A stretch of 64,000 nucleotides of DNA from an uncultured cyanobacterium (lineage in GTDB: Bacteria > Cyanobacteriota > Cyanobacteriia > CAKZMO01): contig CAVRCJ010000003.1 of NCBI GenBank assembly GCA_963719515.1, forward strand, positions 1 to 64,000, given 5' to 3'. The notes below the pieces were generated by a model. It worked only from the letters and a program-made list of their open reading frames with translations, had not been told where the DNA came from and did no database searches. Shown piece after piece: positions 11,048 to 20,532 of the stretch. How positions within the stretch are numbered: the stretch's first letter is position 1; every line of letters starts with the position of its first letter. A program made the translations under genes and the position numbers.

Positions 11048-11740
11048 TCAGGCCGACAGCCTGAGCCGACGCTGCTTAAAGTTAAAGGCGTTTTGCTCCG
11101 AAGACAGCGCCGCCGAATCGCTGGGGGGCCGCATATCCCACTGGACCTCCGCTAGAAGGAACAGGCTACCGGACATGACTGCCGCCGTCACCAAAAACTG
11201 ATAGGCCGGCACAACGCTGAGCAGCGGCACCGCAGCGACGTGCAAAGCCATCACCCCAAAAAACGCCCGCGATCGCATGCCCAGCCCCATCGCACCGTAG
11301 CCGATGGCACAGAGGAGTAGCCACAGCGCACATAGATTCGTCAAAACCAGACCTGACCCGGCAAAAATGCCGTAGTCTGTGAGCGCTAAGCCGCCCGCCA
11401 CCAGTTCAGCCCACAGGTAAATCAGCCAGCGCAGACGCTCTACCGCCACCCAAAACCACGCTAGCCAGACCATAACGCCAACGCCAATTGCTGACAGCAG
11501 AGACCACAAGATAGCTTGGTGGACCCAGCTCACCATCGGAAAAAACTGCGGCGTTAGAAAAATCAGGCCGACGATCCAGCCCCACAGCAAAAATACCTGG
11601 TCTATACGGGTGTAGAGCCAGGAAATGACTGTACGCTGCTTGATCCGCCAGCGCCAGCGAATCAGTCCTTTCAAATCCTGAACGTCGAGCTGCGTTTGCT
11701 TGCGGCGTAATATCGGTTCTTGGGTATCGAAAAAGCTCAT
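11048..11740 (-). CDS. Cyanobacterial integral membrane protein of unknown function
   Basis: 230 aa ORF with about six hydrophobic helices. Confidence 0.75.
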   Translation of the reverse strand: MSFFDTQEPILRRKQTQLDVQDLKGLIRWRWRIKQRTVISWLYTRIDQVFLLWGWIVGLIFLTPQFFPMVSWVHQAILWSLLSAIGVGVMVWLAWFWVAVERLRWLIYLWAELVAGGLALTDYGIFAGSGLVLTNLCALWLLLCAIGYGAMGLGMRSRAFFGVMALHVAAVPLLSVVPAYQFLVTAAVMSGSLFLLAEVQWDMRPPSDSAALSSEQNAFNFKQRRLRLSA

Positions 11741-11884
11741 TGATTGTCAGCCCGCTCCGCTGCAATCAATCTTAACAAAGAATTAGGCGGTTTTGATGTG
11801 TGATACCCCAACCGATAGATGACAGATGACTAGAGAGAACCGTACTGAGCTTTCTTTGCGATCGCCCAGCACCACGGCCAGCCC

Positions 11885-12613
11885 CTAATCAGACGGAAAC
11901 TGGGTAATCTGCGCTTCTCCTGAAAGCGTCATCCGATCGCTCTTGACGGTCAGTGCCTCAAGACGCAGCTGCATGCCCTCTAGCTCAAAATTCCTCAAAT
12001 CTAGAAGCTGACTAGACTGCTGCAGGAGCGCCTGGGTCAAGTCTGAAGAGAACTCAGCGCCGTCAGCATACTCTACGTCTTGTAGGACGACCCGGTTATG
12101 GTCCGAACTGACCTGCGGCGTAGCGGCGAAGGCAGTTTTTTGCCGCTCCCCATTCACCTCGACCCAGGCCGTTAGCTCCACTTTGCCGCTGTCCGTCAGC
12201 TCGAACTTGACCGCCTGCACATTGGCCTGAGCGGGTTGCCCCTCAACCGACACGCTTAAACCCTGCATCTTTTTCTGAATAAAGTCAGAATTAAAGGCTC
12301 GGTTGATGTCCTCCTCCGTCAGCACCACTTGAGCTGTAGCGTTGGTCGGCTGCTCCAGCTTCACATCACCAAACACCGTGCTCATGACGTCGAGATCAAC
12401 TACGCCGGTCTGCAGGTGCATTTCCTCCATCCGCAGGCCATCTTTCATCTCCATACCTTGGCCATCAATCTTGACTCCGTCAACCTTACCGGTAACGATG
12501 TCGCTGGAGTCGGCATCGATATCGATGTCGATATTGTCTAACCGCTCTAGCTGGCTCTTGATACCAGCTTCCGCTAAGTTGCTCAGCGCTTCTTCGCCCA
12601 AATCACCGCTCAT
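11885..12613 (-). CDS. DUF2993 / LmeA-like protein
   Basis: GKVDGVKIDG, VVLTEEDINRAFNS, LDLRNFEL pattern typical of cyanobacterial DUF2993 proteins. Confidence 0.8.
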   Translation of the reverse strand: MSGDLGEEALSNLAEAGIKSQLERLDNIDIDIDADSSDIVTGKVDGVKIDGQGMEMKDGLRMEEMHLQTGVVDLDVMSTVFGDVKLEQPTNATAQVVLTEEDINRAFNSDFIQKKMQGLSVSVEGQPAQANVQAVKFELTDSGKVELTAWVEVNGERQKTAFAATPQVSSDHNRVVLQDVEYADGAEFSSDLTQALLQQSSQLLDLRNFELEGMQLRLEALTVKSDRMTLSGEAQITQFPSD

Positions 12614-12757
12614 GTAGCCTAATCCCTAGTTGTGCAGTCCGGTAGTCTGAGCTACCGACAGTTGTAAAGAGAAGTGTAGGCGACAATCACTGCCCGATAT
12701 CCACCCTAACGGGAGACTTTGCTGACTCAAGGTCTACTACAAAAGGTCAGCAAACCG

Positions 12758-13954
12758 CTAGGCGATGCTTCCCCGTTTGCGGGCCTCTTTGTAGGAAGTG
12801 CCAATGTTTTTAAGCCCTGCCCGAATCATTTCTCGCTCTAGCAGCCCAAAAAACTGATGGCGATCGCCACCCCGGACCACCGCCTGGTTGTGGGACTCCG
12901 CCAGGGCCACCGGATAGCCCTGGCCCTTTTGTACCTGCGCCACCGTTAGGGTCAGCGCCCAGTCCAGCAGGTCCGCATCTTCAGCCACCCAGGCGGGCAT
13001 CTCTAGACGGGCAATCTCAGAGCCTACATGGAGATAGCAAAAATAGATAAGATGATCGCCGTAGCGCTGTAAGATAGATGCCCCACTGCGCCACAGTGGG
13101 CTTCGCTGTCCGGGAGCCAGCAGCTGTCCCCACAAAGCGGCGTCTCGCAGGGGGGCAAACACCTGACAAGGCGGCGTAATTTGGCGGGTAGAGGGGGTTT
13201 TGGCACAGTGCCGCTGGCAGTCGGGTAGCTCATAGGGACAGGTGTGCAGCCGCAAAAAGTTGAGGGTCTCGCTGCTGCGGGTAGCGCTGATGTAGCCCAC
13301 TAGGGGCACGCCTTGGTCGCGGAGTCGGTCCCAGGCCTCTAATATAGGCGGCAGCAGCTGGTCTTGGGCCGCTTCGGGAAGGGTATCGAGAAACCAGTAG
13401 ACTAGGGAGCCATCCACCATGGCGAGGGCCGGAGCGCTGAGGGGCTGCGGCAGTGAGTCGGCTGCCAGCTCGCCCAGCATGACGGCCTCCGAGACGGTGC
13501 GCCGATGCCCCATCCACTCATCAGTGCGAATGCCCCACCGATGGGACTGGTAAAGGTCTTCGGGCCGGTAGATGACCTCGGGCAGGCTGTCTAGTAGAGG
13601 GTAGCGACTTTGTCCGTAGTGAAGCACGGTCCGCCCCACGTTAATGAGATAGCAGTAGGCAATTTCATGGTGGCTAGGGGCGATTTGAGAGCCGTCGGTG
13701 GCGATAACCGTGTGGGCAGCGGGGGCAGCGGCGATCGCCTGCCGCAGGGTCAGCGGTTCGAGGGGGGTGGCGCTGGTAAAGATCAGGCCGCTGCTCCAGT
13801 CCTGCTGCTGCTGGGTCAGGATGCTTTGCTGATCGATTGCCGCCTCAAAAATCTTTTGGGCGCGCTCTAGCCGCTTACGGGTGGCAGCGGACTCTTCGCT
13901 GAGGTATTGGCCGATGCCGCGCATTTGGTGGGCAAGCTTTGCAAGGTCTAGCAT
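12758..13954 (-). CDS. nurA: NurA-domain nuclease
   Basis: ATDGSQ, MVDGSL, GYPVALAESHNQAVV motifs. Confidence 0.88.
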   Translation of the reverse strand: MLDLAKLAHQMRGIGQYLSEESAATRKRLERAQKIFEAAIDQQSILTQQQQDWSSGLIFTSATPLEPLTLRQAIAAAPAAHTVIATDGSQIAPSHHEIAYCYLINVGRTVLHYGQSRYPLLDSLPEVIYRPEDLYQSHRWGIRTDEWMGHRRTVSEAVMLGELAADSLPQPLSAPALAMVDGSLVYWFLDTLPEAAQDQLLPPILEAWDRLRDQGVPLVGYISATRSSETLNFLRLHTCPYELPDCQRHCAKTPSTRQITPPCQVFAPLRDAALWGQLLAPGQRSPLWRSGASILQRYGDHLIYFCYLHVGSEIARLEMPAWVAEDADLLDWALTLTVAQVQKGQGYPVALAESHNQAVVRGGDRHQFFGLLEREMIRAGLKNIGTSYKEARKRGSIA

Positions 13955-13995
13955 GGGATAGCGCTACTCTATGCCCACAACAATACAAATGTTTT

Positions 13996-14592
13996 ATGGC
14001 TATGTCTACAACAATGATGGTGAAACTCTGGAGACGATTTGGAATTGGGGCGATCGCCCTAGCGATGGTGGCTTGCTCTCAGCCCACCGAACTTTCCACA
14101 AGCCCGGCGGACGCGCCGTCGGCTGAGGAGACTGAGGCCGCAGCGGAGCCGAGCGAGGTCGCGGCGAGCAGTGGGGAGGCGGGCGGCGCAGAGACCCCGA
14201 GCGAGCTGGCTGAGATCGAAGCCGCGGTGCTAGAGCAGATCAACGCTTACCGCCAAGAGCAGGGGCTAAAACCACTCGCGACCAATGATGCGATCCGAGG
14301 GCAGTCGCGGGAGCACAGTAGCGCCATGGCCCAAGGAACAGCGCCAGTGAGTCACCAGGGATTTGATGGTCGGGTGGAGGCGATCGCCAAGTCGGTTGCC
14401 TACCGCAGCGCCGCCGAAAACGTGGCCTACAACGAGGGCTATGCCGACCCTGGCGAGCAGGCGGTTCAGGGCTGGATCGAGAGTCCAGGGCACTTAGAGA
14501 ATATTCGCGGCGATTATGACCTCACCGGGGTCGGGGTAGCTCGCGACGGCCAGGCCTACTACTTCACCCAAATTTTCATTCAGACGCCTTGA
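13996..14592 (+). CDS. CAP (SCP) domain lipoprotein
   Basis: Lipobox-like MVAC; INAYRQEQGL, AENVA, WIESPGHLENI, YFTQIF; start could also be 14014. Confidence 0.9.
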   Translation: MAMSTTMMVKLWRRFGIGAIALAMVACSQPTELSTSPADAPSAEETEAAAEPSEVAASSGEAGGAETPSELAEIEAAVLEQINAYRQEQGLKPLATNDAIRGQSREHSSAMAQGTAPVSHQGFDGRVEAIAKSVAYRSAAENVAYNEGYADPGEQAVQGWIESPGHLENIRGDYDLTGVGVARDGQAYYFTQIFIQTP

Positions 14593-14601
14593 GCCGCTGG
14601 G

Positions 14602-15903
14602 CTAACGGTGAGAGCAGTAGAGTTCCTGCCGAAGCGTTTCCTGCCGACAAAGTTCCTCAAATAGCTCGGTGATGTAGTCAATTTTTGAGTCCCAGTCAAA
14701 ACGCTGCGATTTGATGCGCTGGCGACCCGCTTGCCCTAGCTGAGCTCGCAGCGTAGGAGACTGTCCCAGGGCGACCATGGCGTTGGCCAGCCCATCGACA
14801 AAGTCAGCAGGAGTCGTAGGGGCAATCTTGATACCGCAGCTCGAGTCGACAATCATTCCTGGCCCCCCCCAGTCAGCGACGATTGCAGGAAGGCCAACGG
14901 CTAGTGCCTCCAAGACAGCGTTTCCACAGCTCTCCCTCAGCGACGGCATCACGAATACATCGCAATTGGCCAGATGGGCTTTCAGCGCGTCGTGCTGCAG
15001 CCAGCCGCAAAACTTGACCCGATCGCTGACCCCAAGCGCTAGTGCCTGAGCTTCAAGGCTTTGGCGTATCCCCGCATCCCCGTCATTGTCGCCAACAATA
15101 TCAAGAAAGGCATCAAGCTTCCCGCAGCTCTGCTTAAAAGCATCGAGAAGATAGTTCACGCCCTTCCAGTCCACTAGGCGTCCCGTGTACACGAAGCGGA
15201 CGGCGGCCCTATCGCCCCGTTTGCTGCTTCGATCGGTGTCCCAGGCACTTAGATCAACGCCGCATTCAAGCATGCCGTCATGAATCGTGCCGGAGCACCC
15301 CTGAGGCAGCATTTCTTTAGTTCTGTGGTTGGCCACCAAGATATGGTCTGCCCTAAGCTTTCCTGGTAGCCAGAAATGCGTTATGTCTGACAGGCTCTGA
15401 CTGACCCTGACGGCGAGGCGGGTAATGACCGAATCTAGCTCGAAGTTAGGCGGAAACGTCATTCCGCCACTGAGCGGCCCGATAACCACAGGAAGGCCCA
15501 AACCGTGCAGTGCGCTGGGCATTAGGGGAGAATTGGGCGTTGGCTGAAACACAATTTGGATGTTTTCCTGCTCAGTCAGGTCTCGGATAGCCTGTTTGGC
15601 ATTGAGCTGAAAAATGATATTGATAATAGTCCCAAAGACGAGTTCACGCAGTCTAATGGGGGCAAAGCGAGCAAACTTCCACAGAAAAATCTGGAAGCCG
15701 GTATCCTCGACAAACCGAACGCGCTCAAACTGATCTGGCGGCAGTATCGTTTTTAGCTCAGCTCTAACTCGATCGTGACAGATGAGCCAAACAGAATGAT
15801 TTCTCTGTTGAAGTTTTTGTAGGTATACGAAGATCTTTTGAGCCTCTCCACCCATTGTTTTGGAGACGTTCTCTACTACCAGCGCAATCTTCAGTCCAGA
15901 CAT
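14602..15903 (-). CDS. Glycosyltransferase family 4 (GT-B fold)
   Basis: YTGRLVDWKG, VFVMPSLRESCGNAVLEALAVGLP; probable start MSGLKIAL. Confidence 0.9.
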   Translation of the reverse strand: MSGLKIALVVENVSKTMGGEAQKIFVYLQKLQQRNHSVWLICHDRVRAELKTILPPDQFERVRFVEDTGFQIFLWKFARFAPIRLRELVFGTIINIIFQLNAKQAIRDLTEQENIQIVFQPTPNSPLMPSALHGLGLPVVIGPLSGGMTFPPNFELDSVITRLAVRVSQSLSDITHFWLPGKLRADHILVANHRTKEMLPQGCSGTIHDGMLECGVDLSAWDTDRSSKRGDRAAVRFVYTGRLVDWKGVNYLLDAFKQSCGKLDAFLDIVGDNDGDAGIRQSLEAQALALGVSDRVKFCGWLQHDALKAHLANCDVFVMPSLRESCGNAVLEALAVGLPAIVADWGGPGMIVDSSCGIKIAPTTPADFVDGLANAMVALGQSPTLRAQLGQAGRQRIKSQRFDWDSKIDYITELFEELCRQETLRQELYCSHR

Positions 15904-16642
15904 TTTAATTCCCCAATTTAATTTTGCTACTTGCTTTCGCTTAGCGGCTGAATCTGTATAGCGATTTTCGAGCGTATAAGGTACAGATTTGAGCTGTGGT
16001 AGCGCTCTGTGCCCTAAGCGCGGGTATTTCATCAGCGCCGATCTGGCCTTTGCGAAGTTATGGGTCAAGCGGCTTAGGTAGACTGTTGTGAATTCAGTTG
16101 TGCCGGACATCCATTCGTCTATGATCTCTCTACCAATAAATTTAAGGTAAGCAACCTGAGGAGGATGATTTAGAAATCAGGACAAATTTCATGAAGTCTT
16201 GATGATGAGCCTCTTTATATTTTGCAGCGGTTGCTTTTTCCGTTCCCGCTTTGAAGCGATAGGGCCAACGGTGGGCTATCGACTTAGCAGTTCAATTTTC
16301 CCCTAAAATCAGATGTTTTAAAGCATCTCCTATGCTAGCGGAGTGCGCAAAAGATGGCGTGGTTGAAAATCACCATCTCAAGCTTTGTCCTATTCCTAAA
16401 GAGCACTCCGCCAAGCTTCAGCTGATATGAGAAGATTATAGATGCCGCAGCTAGGTAGAGGCGTTTGCCGGCTGTAGGTGAGCTACGAAACCCAAGGCCA
16501 GCAAGAGTTTCTGACGCTGACCCATCCCACGTACAATCGAGGCTATCTACCTATCCACTTTAATATTGTGGGTTGAGTCGCCCTTCAAACCTTTGAAAGA
16601 TATTTCACGACTTCAAGACAGATTACAGCAGGGAACTTTAGC

Positions 16643-17572
16643 ATGAACATCGCCGGACTTCGCACTATCTCTACAACAGTGTCTGACCTAGACCGCTCGC
16701 GTGAATTCTACGTTCAGGCTCTCGGCTTTAGCGTCGTCAACGACCTTACAGTTGAGGACGGAAGCTTTTGCCGTCTATCTCAGCTTTCCGGTCGAGTTCG
16801 TCTAGCTACGCTGCAGCTAGGCAATGAGTCCATCGAGCTGGTTCAATATCTCGACGTTGCCCCAAAGCAAATACCCCCAGACTCTCAGAGCAATGATCTC
16901 TGGTTCCAGCACATGGCTATCGTCGTCCGAGATATGGACCAGGCTTATGACCACCTGCGCTCGTTTTCCATCGAGGCGATATCCAGCGGGCCGCAGACGA
17001 TTCCCGAGGATAACCCTATGGCCGGAGGCGTGCGGGCGTTCAAGTTTAAAGATGGCGATCGCCATCCCCTAGAGCTAATTTGGTTTCCGCCAGATAAGCG
17101 CGACGAGAAATGGCAGCACGGCGATGCCCTATTTCTGGGCATCGACCACACGGCGATCGCCGTTTCAGACACTGACAAAAGCCTGAAGTTCTACCGCGAC
17201 CTGCTGGGAATGACGGTGGTAGACAGCAATCTCAACTCAGGAGACATTCAAGCCCAGCTCGATGGACTACCGGTGGCCCAGGTTCAGGTGACGCCTCTAC
17301 AGCCCGGCGAAACTGGAGCGGGCCTAGAGCTGCTGGACTACGTCAAGCCGGGTACAGGCCGCGCCTGGTCCGAGGACTGGAGCGCGGGGGATTTGGCCCA
17401 CAGACATGTAGTTCTTGGGGTCGAGCAGCTCGGTCAGACGATAGACTATCTCCGCGCACAGGGCGTTGACGTCATTTCGCCTCACCCCGTCGACCTCCCT
17501 GATGCCTATGGCTATAGTCAGGGCTGTCTGATCAAAGATCCCGACGGTCACCGTTTGCTGCTCGCATCTTGA
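16643..17572 (+). CDS. VOC/glyoxalase-like protein with tandem VOC domains
   Basis: VSDLDRSREFY, WFQHMAIVV, IDHTAIAVSD, DPDGH. Confidence 0.88.
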   Translation: MNIAGLRTISTTVSDLDRSREFYVQALGFSVVNDLTVEDGSFCRLSQLSGRVRLATLQLGNESIELVQYLDVAPKQIPPDSQSNDLWFQHMAIVVRDMDQAYDHLRSFSIEAISSGPQTIPEDNPMAGGVRAFKFKDGDRHPLELIWFPPDKRDEKWQHGDALFLGIDHTAIAVSDTDKSLKFYRDLLGMTVVDSNLNSGDIQAQLDGLPVAQVQVTPLQPGETGAGLELLDYVKPGTGRAWSEDWSAGDLAHRHVVLGVEQLGQTIDYLRAQGVDVISPHPVDLPDAYGYSQGCLIKDPDGHRLLLAS

Positions 17573-17697
17573 CGACGTCGAATACCTTCGGGTTACAGCC
17601 TTGAGCCGACGCGCTAGGCTAGACGTAGCCTAGCGCCGGAGCCTTAACGTTGGGCTTAGCGCTGCGGCCGAGCCCAGGATTGTCACACGAGGGAGTT

Positions 17698-19083
17698 ATG
17701 GAGAACTGGAGGTTTTTGATTCAGCAAGAGGGCGATCGCGAGTGGCTTCCTTTAGAGCTGCCAGAATCGGAAATCCTGGAGGGCCGTTATCGCCTCGTGG
17801 GTCAGTCGCAGCCGCAGCAGCCTGTTCAAGTTCAACTGGTCTACCGCGACCTAGATACGGCAGCGGTTCCCCGGCACTACCGCCGAACTGCTCAAACCAA
17901 TGCGCAGGGCTTGGTTGGTATCTTTCCGTTCACGCGCCTACAGCCTGGACTTTGGGAGATTAGATGTCACCTTGAGGGAGAGGCCGTGGTGCTGCACCTG
18001 CAGGTTGTTCCCCAGGATGGCGGCTCAGAGCTAGAACCTGAGCTTGATTTGTCGCTCTTCTCCCTGGCTCACGCCTCGCCCAACCGCCCCGCTGCAGACC
18101 CCGGTAAGCGCCCTACGGCCGTCAATGCCCAGTCCACAGCAGAGCCGCCGATATCACCAGACCCTAAGACACCGGATGAGGCCATGGCCTCGGTTGCAGA
18201 GCTGTTTCAGACCGTAGAAGCGATGGCAGATCAGGTCATCAGTGCGATGGCGGAACGGATGAGCGAAGATAGAGCCTTGGAGGAAGCAGCGGCATTGCTG
18301 TCATCGCCACCCCAAATGCCCAAGGCCCAAATGCCCGAGGCCCAAATATCTGAATCACCGGCCTCTGAGGCTCTTGAGTCTCAGACTCAGGCCCCGACAG
18401 TACAGACGCCAGCACCGCAAACGCCAGCATCGCAAACGCCAAAGTCACAGACCCCAGAGTCACAGACCCCAGAACCACAGACCCCAGAACCACAGACGCT
18501 AGAACCACAGACGCTAGAACCGGCCACAATTCAGCTAGACGCCTGCGCCTACACCCTGTATCGCGGCCATCCTCTCACGCTAAAAGGCACAGTTTTAGGT
18601 ACGGATGAGATTTCAGGGCTGCCCGCATTCCTCACCCTAACGCTGATAGAACCCCAGACGGGAGAAGCGATCGCCACCCATACCCGGACTGAGGCGATCG
18701 CCCGTCTGCCCCAGTCCTTTGATTGGGACATCGCGGTCTCACTTCCTCCCCAAACGCAGCTCGTACTGGCGCGGCTGTCACTGCGCACAGGTGCATCAGT
18801 CCAGCTGTGGCCCGTTGCAGAATGCTCATTTGCCGTGATGGTATTGAGCGAGCGGGCTGAGCCTGGCCCCGCGCCCGCTCTTGTGTCTTCTACTCCCCCT
18901 ATAGAATTGCCGTCGTTTTTGCAGGGTAGCGCCACCGTTCCGCCGGAGGCCAAAGCCGCAGCCTTGGCTAAAATAGCTGAGCTTGGTGTTCGACAAGCGG
19001 CTCCCGCCCTAGAGCAGTCTGAGGCTAGCGCAGACGAGCCCCCCAACGAAGTTCCCAATCCGTTTGAGTATCCTGACGTGTGA
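17698..19083 (+). CDS. Hypothetical protein with Pro/Gln/Thr-rich linker
   Basis: GGAG RBS before ATG 17698; N-terminus WRFLIQQEGDREWLPLE...GRYR; its stop codon TGA is supplied by the adjacent mobile element. Confidence 0.75.
   Translation: MENWRFLIQQEGDREWLPLELPESEILEGRYRLVGQSQPQQPVQVQLVYRDLDTAAVPRHYRRTAQTNAQGLVGIFPFTRLQPGLWEIRCHLEGEAVVLHLQVVPQDGGSELEPELDLSLFSLAHASPNRPAADPGKRPTAVNAQSTAEPPISPDPKTPDEAMASVAELFQTVEAMADQVISAMAERMSEDRALEEAAALLSSPPQMPKAQMPEAQISESPASEALESQTQAPTVQTPAPQTPASQTPKSQTPESQTPEPQTPEPQTLEPQTLEPATIQLDACAYTLYRGHPLTLKGTVLGTDEISGLPAFLTLTLIEPQTGEAIATHTRTEAIARLPQSFDWDIAVSLPPQTQLVLARLSLRTGASVQLWPVAECSFAVMVLSERAEPGPAPALVSSTPPIELPSFLQGSATVPPEAKAAALAKIAELGVRQAAPALEQSEASADEPPNEVPNPFEYPDV
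18403..18522 (+). repeat. Coding tandem repeat, 8 x 15 bp (QTPxx pentapeptide)
   Basis: CAGACCCCAGAACCA-like units in tandem. Confidence 0.9.
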
Positions 19084-19389
19084 CATACTCCCGACGCTCA
19101 TCTTTTAGATAGAGCGCGGGCTTCTTGGCTCACGCACCACAATTTAATGGATGCCGCGCAAGAAGGTGTCCTGCTTCATCTGGTCCTGTCTAGTTACGCA
19201 GCAAGCCGTGCAACCCCGATTAGATCCCATCGACAGGCGATTTGTTTAATGTCCAGGCAATGACCAACCCCAGACAGTGACGAGTATTCAATTTCCAGCT
19301 ACGTTTTCTACCGTCTGTACTGTTCACCAGCCAAGGGCTGTACGTTTGTGTCAGGATAGCAGGCCGCCGCCACGAAATAGTTTGAGCTT
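19080..19389 (-). ncRNA. Candidate ~300-nt structured omega-RNA-like transcript inside the element
   Basis: TACAAT -10 box at 19401-19396 (minus); several internal stems; GCCTGT...GAAGCAGGA segment reminiscent of TnpB omega-RNA scaffolds; no credible ORF; 5' end is inferred. Confidence 0.5.
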
Positions 19390-19528
19390 GGTTCAATTGT
19401 ACCCTTTGCTCGCCTCGGCGCTGCCCTTAATTGCCGCCTTCGGCATCCAGTCAAGGGCGCACCTCGACTCGCTCGCTTACATCCCGACGCTGATGCTGCG
19501 CATACAGCGCGGGGCTTTCACGAACTAG
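19080..19528 (-). mobile_element. Non-autonomous, non-coding IS200/IS605-family element (PATE-like), 449 bp
   Basis: Minus strand: TTAG|CTAGTTCGTGA-AAGC + hairpin (19483-19513) at the left end; GAAG + hairpin (19090-19120) ending TATGTCAC at the right end; same end architecture as the tnpB element at 50426-51908. Confidence 0.88.
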
Positions 19529-19711
19529 CTAAAGGGGGAAGTATTTCAGCAAAACATCAAGAGCCTTACGTTGGTTCAACAATGTTAAAAATTCTTAGCA
19601 GATAGGCTGGCGCTGCAGGATTCACAGTACAGTCGTGTCTACAGATACTCGCTACTGTATTGGTTTGCGGTATTTTATAACTTTTTGTTGCGTTCTGCAG
19701 GACATAAACTT

Positions 19712-19828
19712 ATGGCAGCATCCTATTTACCTTCTATCCTAGTGCCCATCGTCGGACTAGTGTTCCCAGCGGTTGCGATGTCTCTTCTGTTCATCTACAT
19801 CGAGCGCGAAGACGCCACGGGCATCTAG
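19712..19828 (+). CDS. psaI: Photosystem I subunit VIII
   Basis: Manual translation [38 protein letters not shown], too short for the ORF track. Confidence 0.96.
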   Translation: MAASYLPSILVPIVGLVFPAVAMSLLFIYIEREDATGI

Positions 19829-19880
19829 CTCTCTACGACATCTCTTGGTCAAGACTAGTCTTTTTGGAGAATAAAGCATA

Positions 19881-20393
19881 ATGACTCAGATCCCTGACGC
19901 GATCAAAACCAATATGAATTCAAACGTCGTCCACCCACCGGGCGATCCTCAGGTCGGCAATCTGGCGACTCCAATCAATTCGTCTGAATTCACGCGCGCC
20001 TTTATCAACAACCTCCCGGCCTACCGCAAAGGGTTGTCTCCCCAACGCCGTGGTCTAGAGGTTGGTATGGCACATGGTTACCTACTTTACGGACCGTTTG
20101 CCGTTTTGGGCCCGCTGCGTGACTCTGACGTGTCTGGATTCACAGGGGCAGCAGCGGCGATCCTGCTGGTACTGATTTTGACAGTCTGTCTGTCGCTCTA
20201 CTCTAGCAGCGGCGTCAATAAGCCCGTAGCGACTCTGACGACTCCCAATCCTCCGGACGCTCTGAGCACGGAAGAAGGTTGGAGTGAATTTGCAGGCGGC
20301 TTCCTTGTCGGCGGCATGGGCGGCGTTGTCTTTGCCTATCTCTTGGTTCAAGTGCTGGATGCGGGCATTTTTGACGTCATCGGTATGGGATAA
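19881..20393 (+). CDS. psaL: Photosystem I subunit XI
   Basis: GNLATPINSS, FINNLPAYR, RRGLEVGMAHGY, GPLR. Confidence 0.97.
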   Translation: MTQIPDAIKTNMNSNVVHPPGDPQVGNLATPINSSEFTRAFINNLPAYRKGLSPQRRGLEVGMAHGYLLYGPFAVLGPLRDSDVSGFTGAAAAILLVLILTVCLSLYSSSGVNKPVATLTTPNPPDALSTEEGWSEFAGGFLVGGMGGVVFAYLLVQVLDAGIFDVIGMG

Positions 20394-20442
20394 GCGTCTG
20401 AATGAGTCTGTCACCGAGCGTGGACAGCCACCTTGGACCCTC

Positions 20443-20494
20443 AAAAGTTAAGCGCCAGAAAGGAACTACAGTTTCTTTCTGGCGCTTAACTTTT
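20443..20494. terminator. Bidirectional intrinsic terminator
   Basis: AAAAGTTAAGCGCCAGAAAG...CTTTCTGGCGCTTAACTTTT between convergent genes. Confidence 0.85.
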
Positions 20495-20532
20495 AGAGTT
20501 TAGCTAAACCCCGCGGGCCCAGACTCAGCAAA

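Noticed and set aside
12758..13954. NurA as part of a HerA-type defence system
   Set aside because: No HerA/FtsK ATPase or SIR2 partner nearby; looks like a stand-alone repair nuclease
19440..19465. GTGCG on the minus strand as a group II intron 5' end
   Set aside because: No domain V/VI or reverse transcriptase, and the boundaries are fully explained by IS200/IS605 ends
19277..19528. 83-aa ORF in the ORF track
   Set aside because: Antisense reading of the element's left end; its IPTLMLRIQRG tail recurs in another spurious ORF over the tnpB right end (51856-52146) because both translate the same hairpin
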